Shown: one piece after another, positions 1 to 13,499 of the stretch
How positions within the stretch are numbered: position 1 is the first letter of the stretch
How the letters are laid out: each line of letters begins with the position of its first letter
Source of the DNA: Eledone cirrhosa
Lineage: Eukaryota
Direction of reading: 5' to 3'
Assembly (NCBI GenBank): GCA_964016885.1
Contig: OZ024740.1
Span: forward strand, 93,372,001 to 93,436,000
Length of the DNA: 64,000 bases
The notes under the pieces: model-generated
What the model saw: only the letters and a program-made list of their open reading frames with translations
What the model was told of the DNA's origin: nothing
Databases searched by the model: none
Program-made: the position numbers and the translations under genes

Positions 1-46
1 TTGAAGTATTCAGTTCACCTCGACAATCGTTTAAACATTGTAACAC

Positions 47-256
<210 letters not shown>

Positions 257-261
257 AGGGA

Positions 262-1586
262 GTGTAACGTGATGTTACTCTAGGTCCACACAGGTGAGCA
301 CTCGATGTTTCAGTTCACTTCAGTAGCGAGGTGTATAGCTAGACAGAGGGTAAAATAATAATATAAAAATACAAGGATGATTTGTTAAGCCTTCATTACG
401 TTCGTTCGTTGTTTGTTGAAGCGAGTTTCGCTATTGATTAGCTCAAGGTTCGATCTCTATCGATTTGGACCGACTCTGGAATGAAAAGCTCGTTGGACCT
501 CTGCTTTTGTAATGACAGAATAAACATATATTGCTTATAAATGTCTAACGCTTCTCGTTCATATGGTGGTCAATTTATATTGTTTCGATTGGTGGTTTAG
601 CTACGAGGAATGTTTTGTGATGTTTGATAGGTGGGGTGAGCATAGTGTCGAGTTAGTTGTGGGGAGCGATGGCTGATTTAAATTGCGAGATGGGGTGTTT
701 TGGCTTGCCATAGCTATGTCGGAGTGTACGTGGTGAAGCAGACGTGATGTGTGTGTGGTGTGGATGTGGTAGGGGTGTGCGTGATAGGAAATGGAATAAT
801 GCAGTGCTGTACTAAGGTTAGGGTGCTTCTACTGGTCATCAGTTTGTCACTGAGGAGTAGGAGGACATAAGGGAGGCAGGTTATATTATTCTAAAATCCC
901 GGAGAGCTCAATTTGCTGGCCACTATCACCGTGCCAGCAATGAAATCATATCCGCTCTCTTGCTCTGGAACCCTGACTCCAGCCTGACTAGGAGTAGGAA
1001 GCTGTCATTTCCTGACGTTATCTCTAGGGATACGGGAATCAACAGACAGGACCTGGGGGCAGCGGTGGGGGACAGGGGATTCTGGAGCATGAGAGTGAAA
1101 TCCATCATCTCGACAGTAGTCGACGAGTGATGATGATGATGATGAATATGGAATTATGGTATGATGTTGGTGTTTGAAAAGACCATTGAAAACCTCTAAA
1201 GAATGTTTGTATAAAAAACAAGATTTGGAGATGTTGTATAAAAAACAATATTTGGAGATGTTGCTAGGGGCAACTGTGTGAACAAGAGACACTCGCAGAA
1301 GATACACGGAGCAATATCGGTTTACATAACTAGATGCGTCTGCTCGTGGCAGGCGATATGGAATATCCCCTGGCGGCACAGTCTCACGTACAACTCATAC
1401 GAATTCTAGGTATTTTCGAACACAGCGTCCCATGCACGTATTGAACATATGTCTGAATCTCGGCATGCGTAATCACTAACGAGATATGCGCGCTCATCGT
1501 CCTGGGGTCCATATTACTATATCGCTGTGCAGGGGTGTAAGAAAACACACATGCTCATATATACGTAGACACACACATTCCCACAC

Positions 1587-1621
<35 letters not shown>

Positions 1622-2090
1622 CACACATATGTGCACACACAAAATAGGCGAAGTTGTACGTGCGTTGGCATTGCATGTAGATGCTATCATGTGCAGTTAA
1701 ATGGTAGTAGAATAAATAGAGTAGGGTGATGGTGTGCTAGAGAATACAAAAAGATGTTAGATTATGGTGGTGAAATTAGTGATACAAGATGAGGTGATGA
1801 AATCCATTGACGCGAACTGTATGGAGCTGGTGATCTGCGTGTGCCTCAAGGTTATGTGGTATGTAATGATGTGGGGGTGGATGGAGGATGCATGGCGATA
1901 TGTTTAGTGGTGGGGAATATAAGGAGTAAAAATAAAATTTAGCTGGGATAACTGGATATGAAATTAGATATGGAAAAATAGTGGGTGTTATTTCGATGTT
2001 GTATATAAATATATATATATAATATAAGATATTGAAATAAACATGCAATATAATATAGAAATATGCGATATTTCGTTACCTAAATCATCT
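262..2090 (-). mobile_element. Unclassified degenerate interspersed element ending near (TA)n; carries an HHR-like 3' motif (413-476) shared with 6483-6544 and 63482-63560
   Basis: Segment gctcaaggttcgatct.tatcgat....ccgactc is shared with 6509-6544; strong G/T skew on + strand; no recognisable protein. Boundaries approximate. Confidence 0.35.
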
Positions 2091-2280
2091 CTAGGTGTGC
2101 TGTTCATAATTCCACTTACTACTGTTGAAAAGCTCAAGGGATATCAGACACAGACACATATTTATGGGGAAAAAAACCCTATCTGTAGTTTGTCCAGGAG
2201 TTAAATAGTTATTGAAATGGTTATTACATTTTAATTCAACTTTTCTGGTTATCATTTATTTTCCGTTTGTTCATAAATTA

Positions 2281-2364
2281 TATGCATTGGACCGAATTGG
2301 TTTTAGATTACATGTATTGCACCGAATTGGTTTTAGATTATATGCATTGCATCGAATTGGTTTT
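2281..2364. repeat. 30-bp tandem repeat, ~3 copies (tatgcattggaccgaattggttttagatta)
   Basis: Direct reading at 2281, 2311 and 2341. Confidence 0.9.
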
Positions 2365-3819
2365 TCAACCCCTGTAATTCTAAACCCATTTCTTTGTGTA
2401 TTTTTTTCTATAGTTATATTATAAAGAACCCAGATTTTATGCCTTGTGCTCATACATTACTGGGTATTAACGCGAGTTTTAACTCCATTTTTCATTATAT
2501 ATATATATATATATATATCAATATCTATATCTATATCGATATATCTCTCTATCTATCTCACTCTCTCTCTCTATATATATATATATTGTTATATTTTGGG
2601 ACGGTCATGTTGCCAATAAGAAACACACGCACCAGTATTTTCACTTCAATTTATTATAAATGACATTTATAAATTTAGGAATTTTTGGTTCTTCTCGCAT
2701 CTGGTTGGTGTGCGAAAATTCTTCCTGCTTTATATTGAACGAGTGGTGCGAATTGCTGAGTTTTTTTAAATAATATGGTTATTTGATGACTCTCACGTGA
2801 ATAAGTACAATAAATTTCGCGCCTGTTCGCATTCCAATTTGCCATAAAAATGTAGCTGAAGCTCAAAGTGTTGATAAATGTAATTTGGTTGGTTGATGAC
2901 TGTCACGTGAATAAGTACGTCAAATTTCGCGTCATTTCGTGTTTTCCATTTTCAGTCATAACGGTGGCCATATAAAATAGGTGCCAGAAAAGAATGGTTT
3001 GTCATATAAATCTTTGTGCCAAACAAAAGATAATAGTCAAGAAATGGAACAGTGAGAAATAGTTCTGGTTCACTGAGTATGGCTGATGTCTTGCTAAGGT
3101 GTCACATTTCAGAATTTCAATTGAATTAAATTGAAAGTCTCTGTCGATAGTGATGGCGCAGCGAGGTTGGTGGCATGGTAAAAAAAGAGAAAGATACATT
3201 TTTATTCGTGTGTGTGCGCGCGCGCACGCGAGTATGTGTGTGTGTGTGTGTGTGTGTGTAGCTATTTATCGTCTTGATAATAAAAACAAAATTGATCGCA
3301 TTAATAAAAGTGAGGAGGGTGCTATGTGCGTGTGTTTATGATTAGCATCTTAACGTTTTAAAATGTTCACGTATGTTAAATTATATTAAGCTCTATCTTT
3401 TATTTTCGAATATGGAGAAGGGTAATATGTGTGTCTGTATATGTGTGTGTGTGTGTGTGTGTTTGTGTGTATGTGGGAATAGTTCATATATTATGGTGTT
3501 AACGTATTAACGTGTATTCAACTATATTTAATAATGGTCTCTATATTTTGTATTGTCAGAGTAATGATAAAGTGGGAAGACTTTGAATTCGGGTGTCTTA
3601 TCGTTTGTACATATGTCTATATGACAACTGGGTGGTATCTGTATTATGGTAGGGCCCGTACTATTATTAAACAGTAGAAAGTATTATTATTAAAAACATC
3701 CTTATTTTCTGAGCTCTACCGTCGGGGTCATAATTGTAACTATTACACATTCTACTACCCTAAGTATTGAGTACTCTGGTGTATTATGATCCATCTTGCT
3801 CCTTATCACAACTCCTTCG

Positions 3820-3885
<66 letters not shown>

Positions 3886-3892
<7 letters not shown>

Positions 3893-4384
3893 TAAGTATG
3901 TAACGTACATACATATATGTATACATACGTACAGCAGTATGTATATACATACATACATGCACACATATATATTAATGTATGTATGGGTTAGAGAACATTT
4001 ATTATAATGTTCGGTTTGTTTGTAAAGAAACAGCCCTAATTAAGCCGTACGGTGTTCGCCAACCATCATTGCTTTTTTGTTCAACACTGACAAAGGAACG
4101 ATGTACTACTTTCGAGCTTCTTAACTGTCACCAGCTCCGTATACCCTCCTGTCAGATGATTGAACGTCTGAAAGTATATACTTTCCTTATGCATATTAAC
4201 AGCTGAGCAGACTAATTTGCATATCGAGTGAGTTAGTCGGCCGAGCGCACCGAATACGTTAAATGGAGAAAATGAAATGTAATTTCTCACTCTTAGTACG
4301 GCTGATACTTAAGTGTATGTATGTATAGGTATATACGTATATGTATACAGACGTACAGCAGTATGTATATACATACATACATGC

Positions 4385-4464
<80 letters not shown>

Positions 4465-4650
4465 GTGTGGGGTACCCGAACATTTATTATGATGTTCACT
4501 TTGTTTGTAAACAAACAGCCCGAACTAAGCCACATATAGTGTTCGGCAACATCGTCGCCATGTTGTGCAACACTAACAAATGAACGATGAACTACTTTCG
4601 AGCTTCTTGGCTATCATCAGCACTGTATACCTTCCTGTCAGATGATTGAA
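3886..4650 (-). mobile_element. Retrozyme-like tandem repeat family A (~430-bp unit, degenerate HHRs), ~1.6 units
   Basis: Same sequence family as 8322-9727 and 42562-43020; minus-strand HHR remnants at ~4098-4140 and ~4584-4626; octamer ATTTGCAT at 4215-4222. Confidence 0.8.
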
Positions 4651-4871
4651 TATATGATGATGTTGCACATGTGCAACGAAAGAACTTTGATAGGCTATAT
4701 ATATTTATATCTGTATTTTAACCGTTGGTCAATCATTGATATACGTTGATTGCCAAATAAATTAACTATAGAGATATAAAAGATACAGAAGCGAAAACCA
4801 ACCAAATAGTGAGTGTATTCTGTTTTTATTTCTGGCAATATTATTACAACTATATGACCCTCCCTAAGTAT

Positions 4872-4986
<115 letters not shown>

Positions 4987-5050
4987 TTTATATATAAATA
5001 TATATATATATGTTTATATATATATATATATTTATCTATATATATATAGA

Positions 5051-5083
<33 letters not shown>

Positions 5084-5158
5084 CCGGAAGATTCCAACCA
5101 GAATGGTTGCATTCTTTCAGGGTATGACAATATTTATTTATAAAACTAACCTATATTA

Positions 5159-5224
5159 TATTTTATCTGATGAAAGCCCACCACAGTTTGCATTGGTGGC
5201 CCTTGAAATATGAATAATGACATA
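5159..5224 (+). ncRNA. Type I hammerhead ribozyme motif (degenerate) in a ~150-bp orphan fragment between (TA)n tracts
   Basis: tattttat-CTGATGA-aagcccacca..tggtggccctt-GAAA-tatgaa-TA-atgacata; same layout as the PLE-1 HHR at 42199. Confidence 0.6.
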
Positions 5225-5262
5225 AATATGGTTTTATATATATAGTTTCCATTTATTAATAT

Positions 5263-5307
<45 letters not shown>

Positions 5308-5322
5308 TTATATACATATGTT

Positions 5323-5385
<63 letters not shown>

Positions 5386-5453
5386 TATGAAGAGAGAAGA
5401 AACATTTAGATATAATTAGTAATGACATGTATCATACCTAAACTGCTCCTAAA

Positions 5454-5545
5454 ATCCTCGACTACGTAGTTTCGTGGCATAAACAAAAACAATACATCAT
5501 AAAGATATAGAGTCCTTGCGAGGTCTGCCGACTTATCAAGAGGAT
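5454..5545 (-). ncRNA. Type I hammerhead ribozyme, U3-A8 core variant (family B, copy 1)
   Basis: Minus strand: atcctc-TTGATAA-gtcggca..tgccac-GAAA-CTACGTAG-TC-gaggat; helix I atcctc/gaggat, palindromic helix III ACTACGTAGT, GUC triplet. Confidence 0.8.
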
Positions 5546-6047
5546 ACCTCATTTTACTAGTCTCAAGAACGCGTCTACACGACGTGAGAAAGAATCCCAA
5601 AAAGGCGGAGGGGGAGACAGTAACGCGATATAACGGTCGAGAAACAGAGCTAAGCCTCTTATAACCCCGAAGAAAATACCACGGAGGCGGAGGGGGTATT
5701 TATATCGAAGCCGTAGAAGAGGTAGTGAAGGAGGCGAGAAGTATGAGTAATGGAAGCTTCCCAGCAGTCCCCACACTTCAAAGATTGCTCGACCAGAGGG
5801 AGTTATTAACAATATATTTAGAAACACACAGATACATGCGCGGACACACATATACATGAATGCATCCGCACCCAAGCGTGAGTTAAGGGTGCCAACTTCA
5901 CCGATGTTGCTCAATGAATGACTGGGACAGACCAATCCGGTTGAACTAGACTGAACCAGTATCAGAGTTAAAAATACATTATGAAGAGAGAAGAAACATT
6001 TAGATATAATTAGTAATAAAATGTATCATACCTAAACTGCTCCTAAA

Positions 6048-6139
6048 TTCCTCGACTACGTAGTTTCGTGGCATAAACAAAAACAATACATCATAAATAT
6101 ATAGAGTCCTTGCGAGGTCTGCCGACTTATCAAGAGGAT
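6048..6139 (-). ncRNA. Type I hammerhead ribozyme, U3-A8 core variant (family B, copy 2)
   Basis: Same motif as 5454-5545, 594 bp away. Confidence 0.78.
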
Positions 6140-6341
6140 ACCTCATTTTACTAGTCTCAAGAACGCGTCTACACGACGTGAGAAAGAATCCCAAAAAGGC
6201 GGAGGGGGAGACAGTCACGCGATATAACGGTCGAGAAACTGAGCTAAGCCTCTTATAACCCCGAAGAAAATACCACGGAGGCGGAGGGGGTATTTATATC
6301 GAAGCCGTAGAAGAGGTGGTGAAGGAGTCGAGAAGTATGAG

Positions 6342-6436
<95 letters not shown>

Positions 6437-6439
<3 letters not shown>

Positions 6440-7018
6440 GATAAAAAGGAGCATTGATTATTCCTTCATTGCATTTATTGATAGGTGACGCGCGTTCGCC
6501 ACTGATCAGCTCAAGGTTCGATCTATATCGATCCTACCCGACTCATTAATCCGCAGCTCGACGGACCCTCTAAAATGCTATAAGAAAATGAAGTACATGC
6601 TGTGTGGTAAAGCCAGAGATTCAAGAGTTTCACAAAAATGAGTTGTTTTGATTGGTGGGAAGGATCAAGGCGATGTACTGGCCTGTAGTGTATATGGGGG
6701 TGCGCGTGATGGTGAGATGATGGTGAAGGTCGGTGGATGAGATTGGCTGTGGTGTGGTGGTGGTTGGTTGGCCTTGGCGTGTAGAGTATGTGGGGGTGGA
6801 TGTAATGATATGTTGGTGGTTATGGTTGCTTGGTGGGATGCGCTGTGGTATGAGGTTAGTGGATTGTCAGTAGACGGGTTGGTATGTGTGTGGGGGTGTG
6901 GTATTGGTGCCCTTGTCTATGGTAGCGACGTTTGTGGTGTTGTGGTGGATGTATTGGTGGCGTCAAGGTCCTTACCTAGATACATAGCTAGACGCTCTTC
7001 GTCTGACAGATACTTTGT
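6437..7018 (-). mobile_element. Fragment of unclassified element related to 262-2090 at its 3' end
   Basis: Shares the gagtcgg..gatcga..gatcgaaccttgagc..gcgaacgcgcgtc motif followed by AATAAA; flanked by microsatellites. Confidence 0.4.
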
Positions 7019-7091
7019 ATATACGTATACGCACACACATATATGTATATATGTCCACACATATTGTTGTATAAACACGCACATACACACG

Positions 7092-7236
<145 letters not shown>

Positions 7237-7240
7237 ATGA

Positions 7241-7422
<182 letters not shown>

Positions 7423-7426
7423 TCAT

Positions 7427-7494
<68 letters not shown>

Positions 7495-7498
7495 ATGA

Positions 7499-7692
<194 letters not shown>

Positions 7693-7696
7693 GATT

Positions 7697-7966
7697 CAGG
7701 GAAGGCGCATGGCTTAGTGGTTAGAGCATTAAGCTTGCAATCGAAAGGTTGTGAGTTCAATTCTCGGACGGGGTGTGTGTTGTTTCTTGAGCAAGACACT
7801 TTATTTCACGTTGCTCCAGTTTCCCCAGCTGAAAATAGCTAGAGGTTTAACCCTGCGATGGACTGGCGTCCTGTCCGGGAGGGAGTCTTGTACTCTCAGT
7901 CGCTTCACCCCATGGAAGCTGGATAAGCACCGGCCAAATGAGCCTTCTGACTCAAGAAAAACTTTA
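7697..7966 (+). mobile_element. tRNA-derived SINE (second family) with CORE-like central region
   Basis: A-box-like tggcttagtggttag, B-box-like gagttcaattctc, then cttgagcaagacactttat (CORE-like) and ctgcgatggactggcgtcctgtcc; ends in (TA)n. Confidence 0.75.
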
Positions 7967-8270
7967 TATATATATATATATGAAAAACAAGGGGAGAAGA
8001 ATACTGCATGGTTGCACATGGATTACATATTATAAAATTAGTCCCTCATCAGTGATTTGCCAACCATCATTGGTATTTCATCGCATTAAAAATCAGATAT
8101 CTCAGGTTGGTGCGAGCAATAACTAACATAAGCTATTGGAACAAGTGAAACGCGTAAAGCGAGTGAGACAAGTAAACAACAGAAGGAAAAGCAAACCGAA
8201 GGTTGCAAGACAGCAAGCCACAAGATAGTTATCCGATGAAGCATAAGCTGCGTGATTTTCATGATATGTA

Positions 8271-8321
<51 letters not shown>

Positions 8322-8324
<3 letters not shown>

Positions 8325-9616
8325 CGGAATAACATGAAACGAAATTTCATTTCTCACACTTAGTACGGCTGTTACTTAAGTATAAGTATGTATACGTACA
8401 CACATATATGTATACAGACGTACAGTAGTATGTATACATATATATATACATACATGCACACATATATATATATATATGTACGTATGTATTCACCGAACAT
8501 TTATTACAATGCTCGGTGTGTTTGTAAACAAACATCCAGAATTAAGCCGTACACTGTCTACCACCATCGTTGCTCATTTGTTCAACACTGACAAAAGAAC
8601 GCTGTACTAGTTTCAAGCTTATTACCTATCGTCAGCAACGTATACCTTCCTGCCAGATGGTTGAACATCTGAAAGTATATACTTTCTTTATGCATATTAA
8701 CGGCCGAGCAGCCTAATTTGCATATCGAGTGAGATAATCGGCCGGGGTACAGAAAACGTTAAATGGAAAAAATGAAATGAAATTTCATTTCTCACTCTTC
8801 GTACGACTGTTACTTAAATATAGGTATGTATACGTACATACACATATGTATACAGACGTACAGTAGTATGTATATATATATATAGATACATGCACACATA
8901 TATATAAGTACGTATGGATTCACCGAACATATAATATAATGCTCGGTGTGTTTGTAAACCAACATCCCGAATTAAGCCGTACAGTGTCTAGCAACCATCG
9001 TTGCTCATTTGTTCAACACTGACAAAGGAACGATGTACTAGTTTCAAGCTTATTACCTATAGTCAGAAACGTATAGTTTCCTGCCAGATGGTTGAACGTC
9101 TGTGAGTATATACTCCGTTTATCATTTTCGGTACCACGGCCGAGTAACTCACTCGATATGCAAATTAGGCTGCTCAGCCGTTAATATCCAAAAGGAAAGT
9201 ATATAATTTCAGACGTTCAACCATCTGGCAGGAAGGTAAACGTTGCTGATGATAGCTAATAAGCGTGACACTAGTACAGCGTTCATTTGTCAGTGTGAAC
9301 AAATGAGCAACGATGGTTGATATACACTGTACGGCTTAATTCTGGATGTTTGTTTACAAACACACCGAGCATTATAATAAATGTTCGGTGAATACATACG
9401 TATATATATATGTGTGTGGATGTATATATATATATCCTTATGCATATTAACGGCTGAGCAGCCTAATTTGCATATCGAGTGTGTTAATCGGCCGGGGTAT
9501 CGATAAACGGAATTAAAATGAAACGAAATTTCATTTCTCACTCTTAGTACGGCTGTTACTTATATATAAGTACGTATACATACATACATACATATACGTA
9601 TACAGACGTACAGTAG

Positions 9617-9680
<64 letters not shown>

Positions 9681-9722
9681 CTACTGTACGTCTGTATACA
9701 TATATGTATGTACGTATACATA

Positions 9723-9727
<5 letters not shown>
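8322..9727. mobile_element. Retrozyme-like family A array: ~1.8 tandem units followed by inverted and re-inverted segments
   Basis: 431-bp period (8599 vs 9030); 9121-9437 is reverse complement of the unit; HHRs at 8599-8641(-), 9030-9072(-), 9240-9282(+). Confidence 0.85.
8599..8641 (-). ncRNA. Minimal type I hammerhead ribozyme (family A)
   Basis: Minus strand: acgttg-CTGACGA-taggtaataagctt-GAAA-CTAG-TA-cagcgt; palindromic helix III ACTAGT. Confidence 0.75.
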
Positions 9728-9763
<36 letters not shown>

Positions 9764-10596
9764 TTATTAAAATAACAGATTAAAGTTTCAGCAAAGAATC
9801 GCCGCTTTCACCCTTAAAAGGTGGACGAATGCAGGCAAGCTAACTTGAAGAGAGAGGTGCACTCCCTGGGTATCCTAGAAGCGCAGGGTGGTTCAGAAAT
9901 AGTGGGGCTAGCTGAGTAATTCCTGGGTCGTTCTTCTCCTTAGAGGAATTTATTTTGTTATATTTATGCATAGTTAATTTTAAATTTGTTATATCTTCAT
10001 TGTTAAATTAGTCTTGCCATCGTGCACTTTTACTCGATCTTGTTGCAAGTCATGTTCTCAATAAAAAAACATGCACCATATGCTTCACTTCAATTTATTC
10101 TAACTTTTATAAGTTTCCTGTTGGTTGGTTGGTTCCACAGCCGGATGGTTGTTCATATATTGACATGTTCTTTCGTCGCACCTTATGTGACCTCTTTAAT
10201 GACTGGGGATTATTTTCTTTGTTTTGTGCCTCTCCTTTGTTCTGTCCTATGTCATATTTTTGTTGTGTGTGTTGTGTGCTTATTTTGGACATGTGTTACA
10301 TCCGGGTGTCTGTGTGTGTTTTATTTGTTTATGTATTCATTTATTTAAATGTTACTAGTTAGTTGTTTGTTCTATCAGTGTGTGTTTTCATTTTGTCCTT
10401 AATTACAAGTTGTGATGTTGCTATTCCATTCATGTTTTCTATTTAATTTTGGTTGGACATCATCTGTGTGTATTGCTAAAATAAAACGTAAGTGGAAATT
10501 AGAGAACATAGAGATAAAAATAGAATATACACACAGAAAAGACGCAATGCTTAGACAAATCACAGAAGCAATATATATGTATATATATGTATATAT

Positions 10597-10792
10597 TTAG
10601 CGAATAAAAAGTGGTAAGGAAACAGGTGGACCATAACGCACCAAAGTACTCAATACTTAGGGTAGTAGAGTGGGTAATAGGAGTAAGTAAGACCCCGACG
10701 GCTGAGCTCAAGCCGTTTCGACGGCTAATTCAGTACTGAATTAGCCGTCGAAACGGCTTGAGCTCAGCCGTCGGGTTCTTACTTACTCCTAT
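10597..10792. mobile_element. PLE-type terminal fragment with a 116-bp palindrome containing the 3' half of an HHR on each strand
   Basis: Palindrome 10677-10792 centred on agt|act; GAAA-CGGCT-tgagctc-AGCCG-TC; related fragment at 3710-3820. Confidence 0.7.
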
Positions 10793-10795
10793 GTA

Positions 10796-10938
<143 letters not shown>

Positions 10939-11270
10939 ACATATAGTAATAACAATAAACTTGAAGAATAATATCCAAAGAGGGCTCGATTTCTTCTACC
11001 AATGAACCTACTTGGCAACACGCCTACTCTTCACAACAATTCTCCCTTAAATGCTAGCCACGTGATGTTTTTCACCGACTTTGAATCGTTACTGACGGCG
11101 GTCGATTTCGAAAATCTGTTCCTCATAGAGGAATGTCGATAACATTTATCGGTTATATCTTGAAAGTTACATTTTAAACTTAGCTCCGTTTAAATGAATA
11201 TTTATCTGGTTAATTTCTACGGACTAAGGAAGGAAATAAAGGATAGATTTTGTCTGACTATTCTTCAAAC

Positions 11271-11364
<94 letters not shown>

Positions 11365-13499
11365 GCGGGGGGAGTTAGTGTGAGTGTATGTATATGTGAG
11401 TGCGTATTTGTTTGTGTGTTTGTGAAATCAGGTATATATGTGTCTGCTAGTATTTTACCGGTACGGTGTCAGTGTATATTGTTGAGTATATATATGTATA
11501 TGATAAATCATTATACAGATATACTTTTTTTTTTTTATTATCGTCTGGAATGCCACCATGAAATGTGAATGTACAAGTGGTTAACATATTCAATGTGACA
11601 CTATATTTTACATGTCTATTATACGAGAGGTATATGGTCTCTTTTTTCTCAGATTACTACCTTGATGGGTATATTTTTTATTCCACTTTCCGTATGAGTC
11701 AGATGGGTTTTCCTTGCAACATGTTAACATGAGAGATGATGGTTATCCAGAGAATTATTGCATTTTTGTCCATATAGTGTCAAGTGTAAAGCTGGAAACA
11801 ATATTGTTCCGGTTTTTCTTCTAATTGTTTATTCCCTTACAAAGTTGTTATATATTGTCATATGTCGTATTGGTTAACCGCGTACGATTTAAACGGTGTA
11901 ACTTTACCAATATATTATTGCTCTATATCAATAGTAGTAACATACATTTAAACAGATGCATATACGTTCATTATTCTCATTTCAAAGCGACATGAGATGT
12001 TCATTTTATTTAGACAATAATATATTAGAGGAATATACAAATATAGTGATATTTGGCATATAAAAAAATACAATAAATACCAATCACATTTATTTGTTCG
12101 TTTAATTTAAATAGTATTATATCCTCTATACCACAAAACTGTCATATTGTCGTGAAAATATTATTAAAGGTATTGAGTGAAATGTATATAATATTGGTGA
12201 CTGCGTTCCGAATGTGTGTTGTCACTTTAATCGATATTTTAGGAACTCTACTTTTACTGATGTTCATGTTTACCAAAACAAAAAAATAAATAAAAAACGG
12301 GCGTTTGGACTTATATTTATTAATTTCATGTCAAAGCTGCTGTTCATTGATTTTATGAGAGACATATTCCCTGTATGATGTTGGGGCTGATTTAAAAGAG
12401 AGGGTGGTGTTATTTTGCACTTCACACATATTATCTTGACAAACGACCATTCTGTTGACATCGATATTATTTGGTGTATATAGACGTAGGCAAAATAGAA
12501 GTGATGAACATTGAAGGTTATACTAAAATGGACAAACAATATCTGAAATGGCAAATAATTGTTCTGATATACACAGAAACAATAGCCTGATTAATGATGT
12601 GTAACAGTTTTCGGGATTGTGATTATGCTGCTAGTTATTACGAACGAAACGTTAAAGTGTAATATTAGGGCAAGGTGTATGGTTTCATAGCGATCAATAT
12701 AGAGTGATTAATATTCATGGACATGCTAATATTAGGCGCATATTGTGTAATATTTTAATTAGATTTGGTAAATATGATGGGGCTGACCACTTTTACCAAA
12801 ATAGCATTATGTTAGAGATATTGCAACAATAAAATGAGGATAATAACAGCCTTAAAATATGTCTCAATCTTGAGGGATTTTGTATACTGCAAGTAAAGTA
12901 AATAGCATTGTGGACATAACTAGAACTGCAATATAAGTTACAGTGCCCACTAGGAGAATCACTGACATTCAAGGTGGGTCTTAGAATTATCCAGGGACTG
13001 TGATGTGACAAATGTACATGTAAATGAATATGATGGTTATGAAAATCTCTTTTCGCCGCAATCCATTATATGATACTGGTATCCATATAAGGTGGTACAG
13101 TCACCATTCGAAAATCAAACACAGTAAGTGTTATTGCTAAAACAGAAAAGCGATTAAGTAATGAAGCATGTGTACAAATACAAAATGGGTGGTTAATCCC
13201 CTTAGATTTGGTGAAGATAAAGCATAAATGACAAAATTAAATGAAACACGAAGAATTTCCGCAGCAATGATGAAGCAAAAACATGCTCTTGGCCTGATAT
13301 TTAAGATACAGAGATTGGGGTGATGTATAGCATTGAGGAATTCAGCATTAAGTATCAAGCCAAGTTCATAAAAATATTGGATCTAATTCAAGTTTGGGAA
13401 TTTACTGATTACACTGACTTAAATAAAAAGTCGAAAGTGGACGTTTGAAATGTATGGCTATCCAAATAAGCAATATTGTTCTATAAATATTTTGACATA

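Larger units (their letters stand above)
5382..6343 (-). mobile_element. Retrozyme-like / non-autonomous PLE family B: 594-bp unit x1.6 between (TA)n tracts
   Basis: 5382-5748 is repeated at 5977-6343; each copy holds a minus-strand HHR; no protein homology seen. Confidence 0.85.

Noticed and set aside
2281-2364. 30-bp repeats (also 1201-1263, 26721-26888, 63299-63366) as CRISPR-like arrays
   Set aside because: Contiguous tandem copies without unique spacers, in eukaryotic DNA with no cas genes.
7700-7775. tRNA-like sequence with A and B boxes (also the heads of the other SINE copies)
   Set aside because: No complete cloverleaf, and it continues into a SINE body, so it is not a tRNA gene.
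7981-8055. Minus-strand CTGATGA-ggga in a TA-flanked fragment
   Set aside because: No GAAA core or consistent helices.
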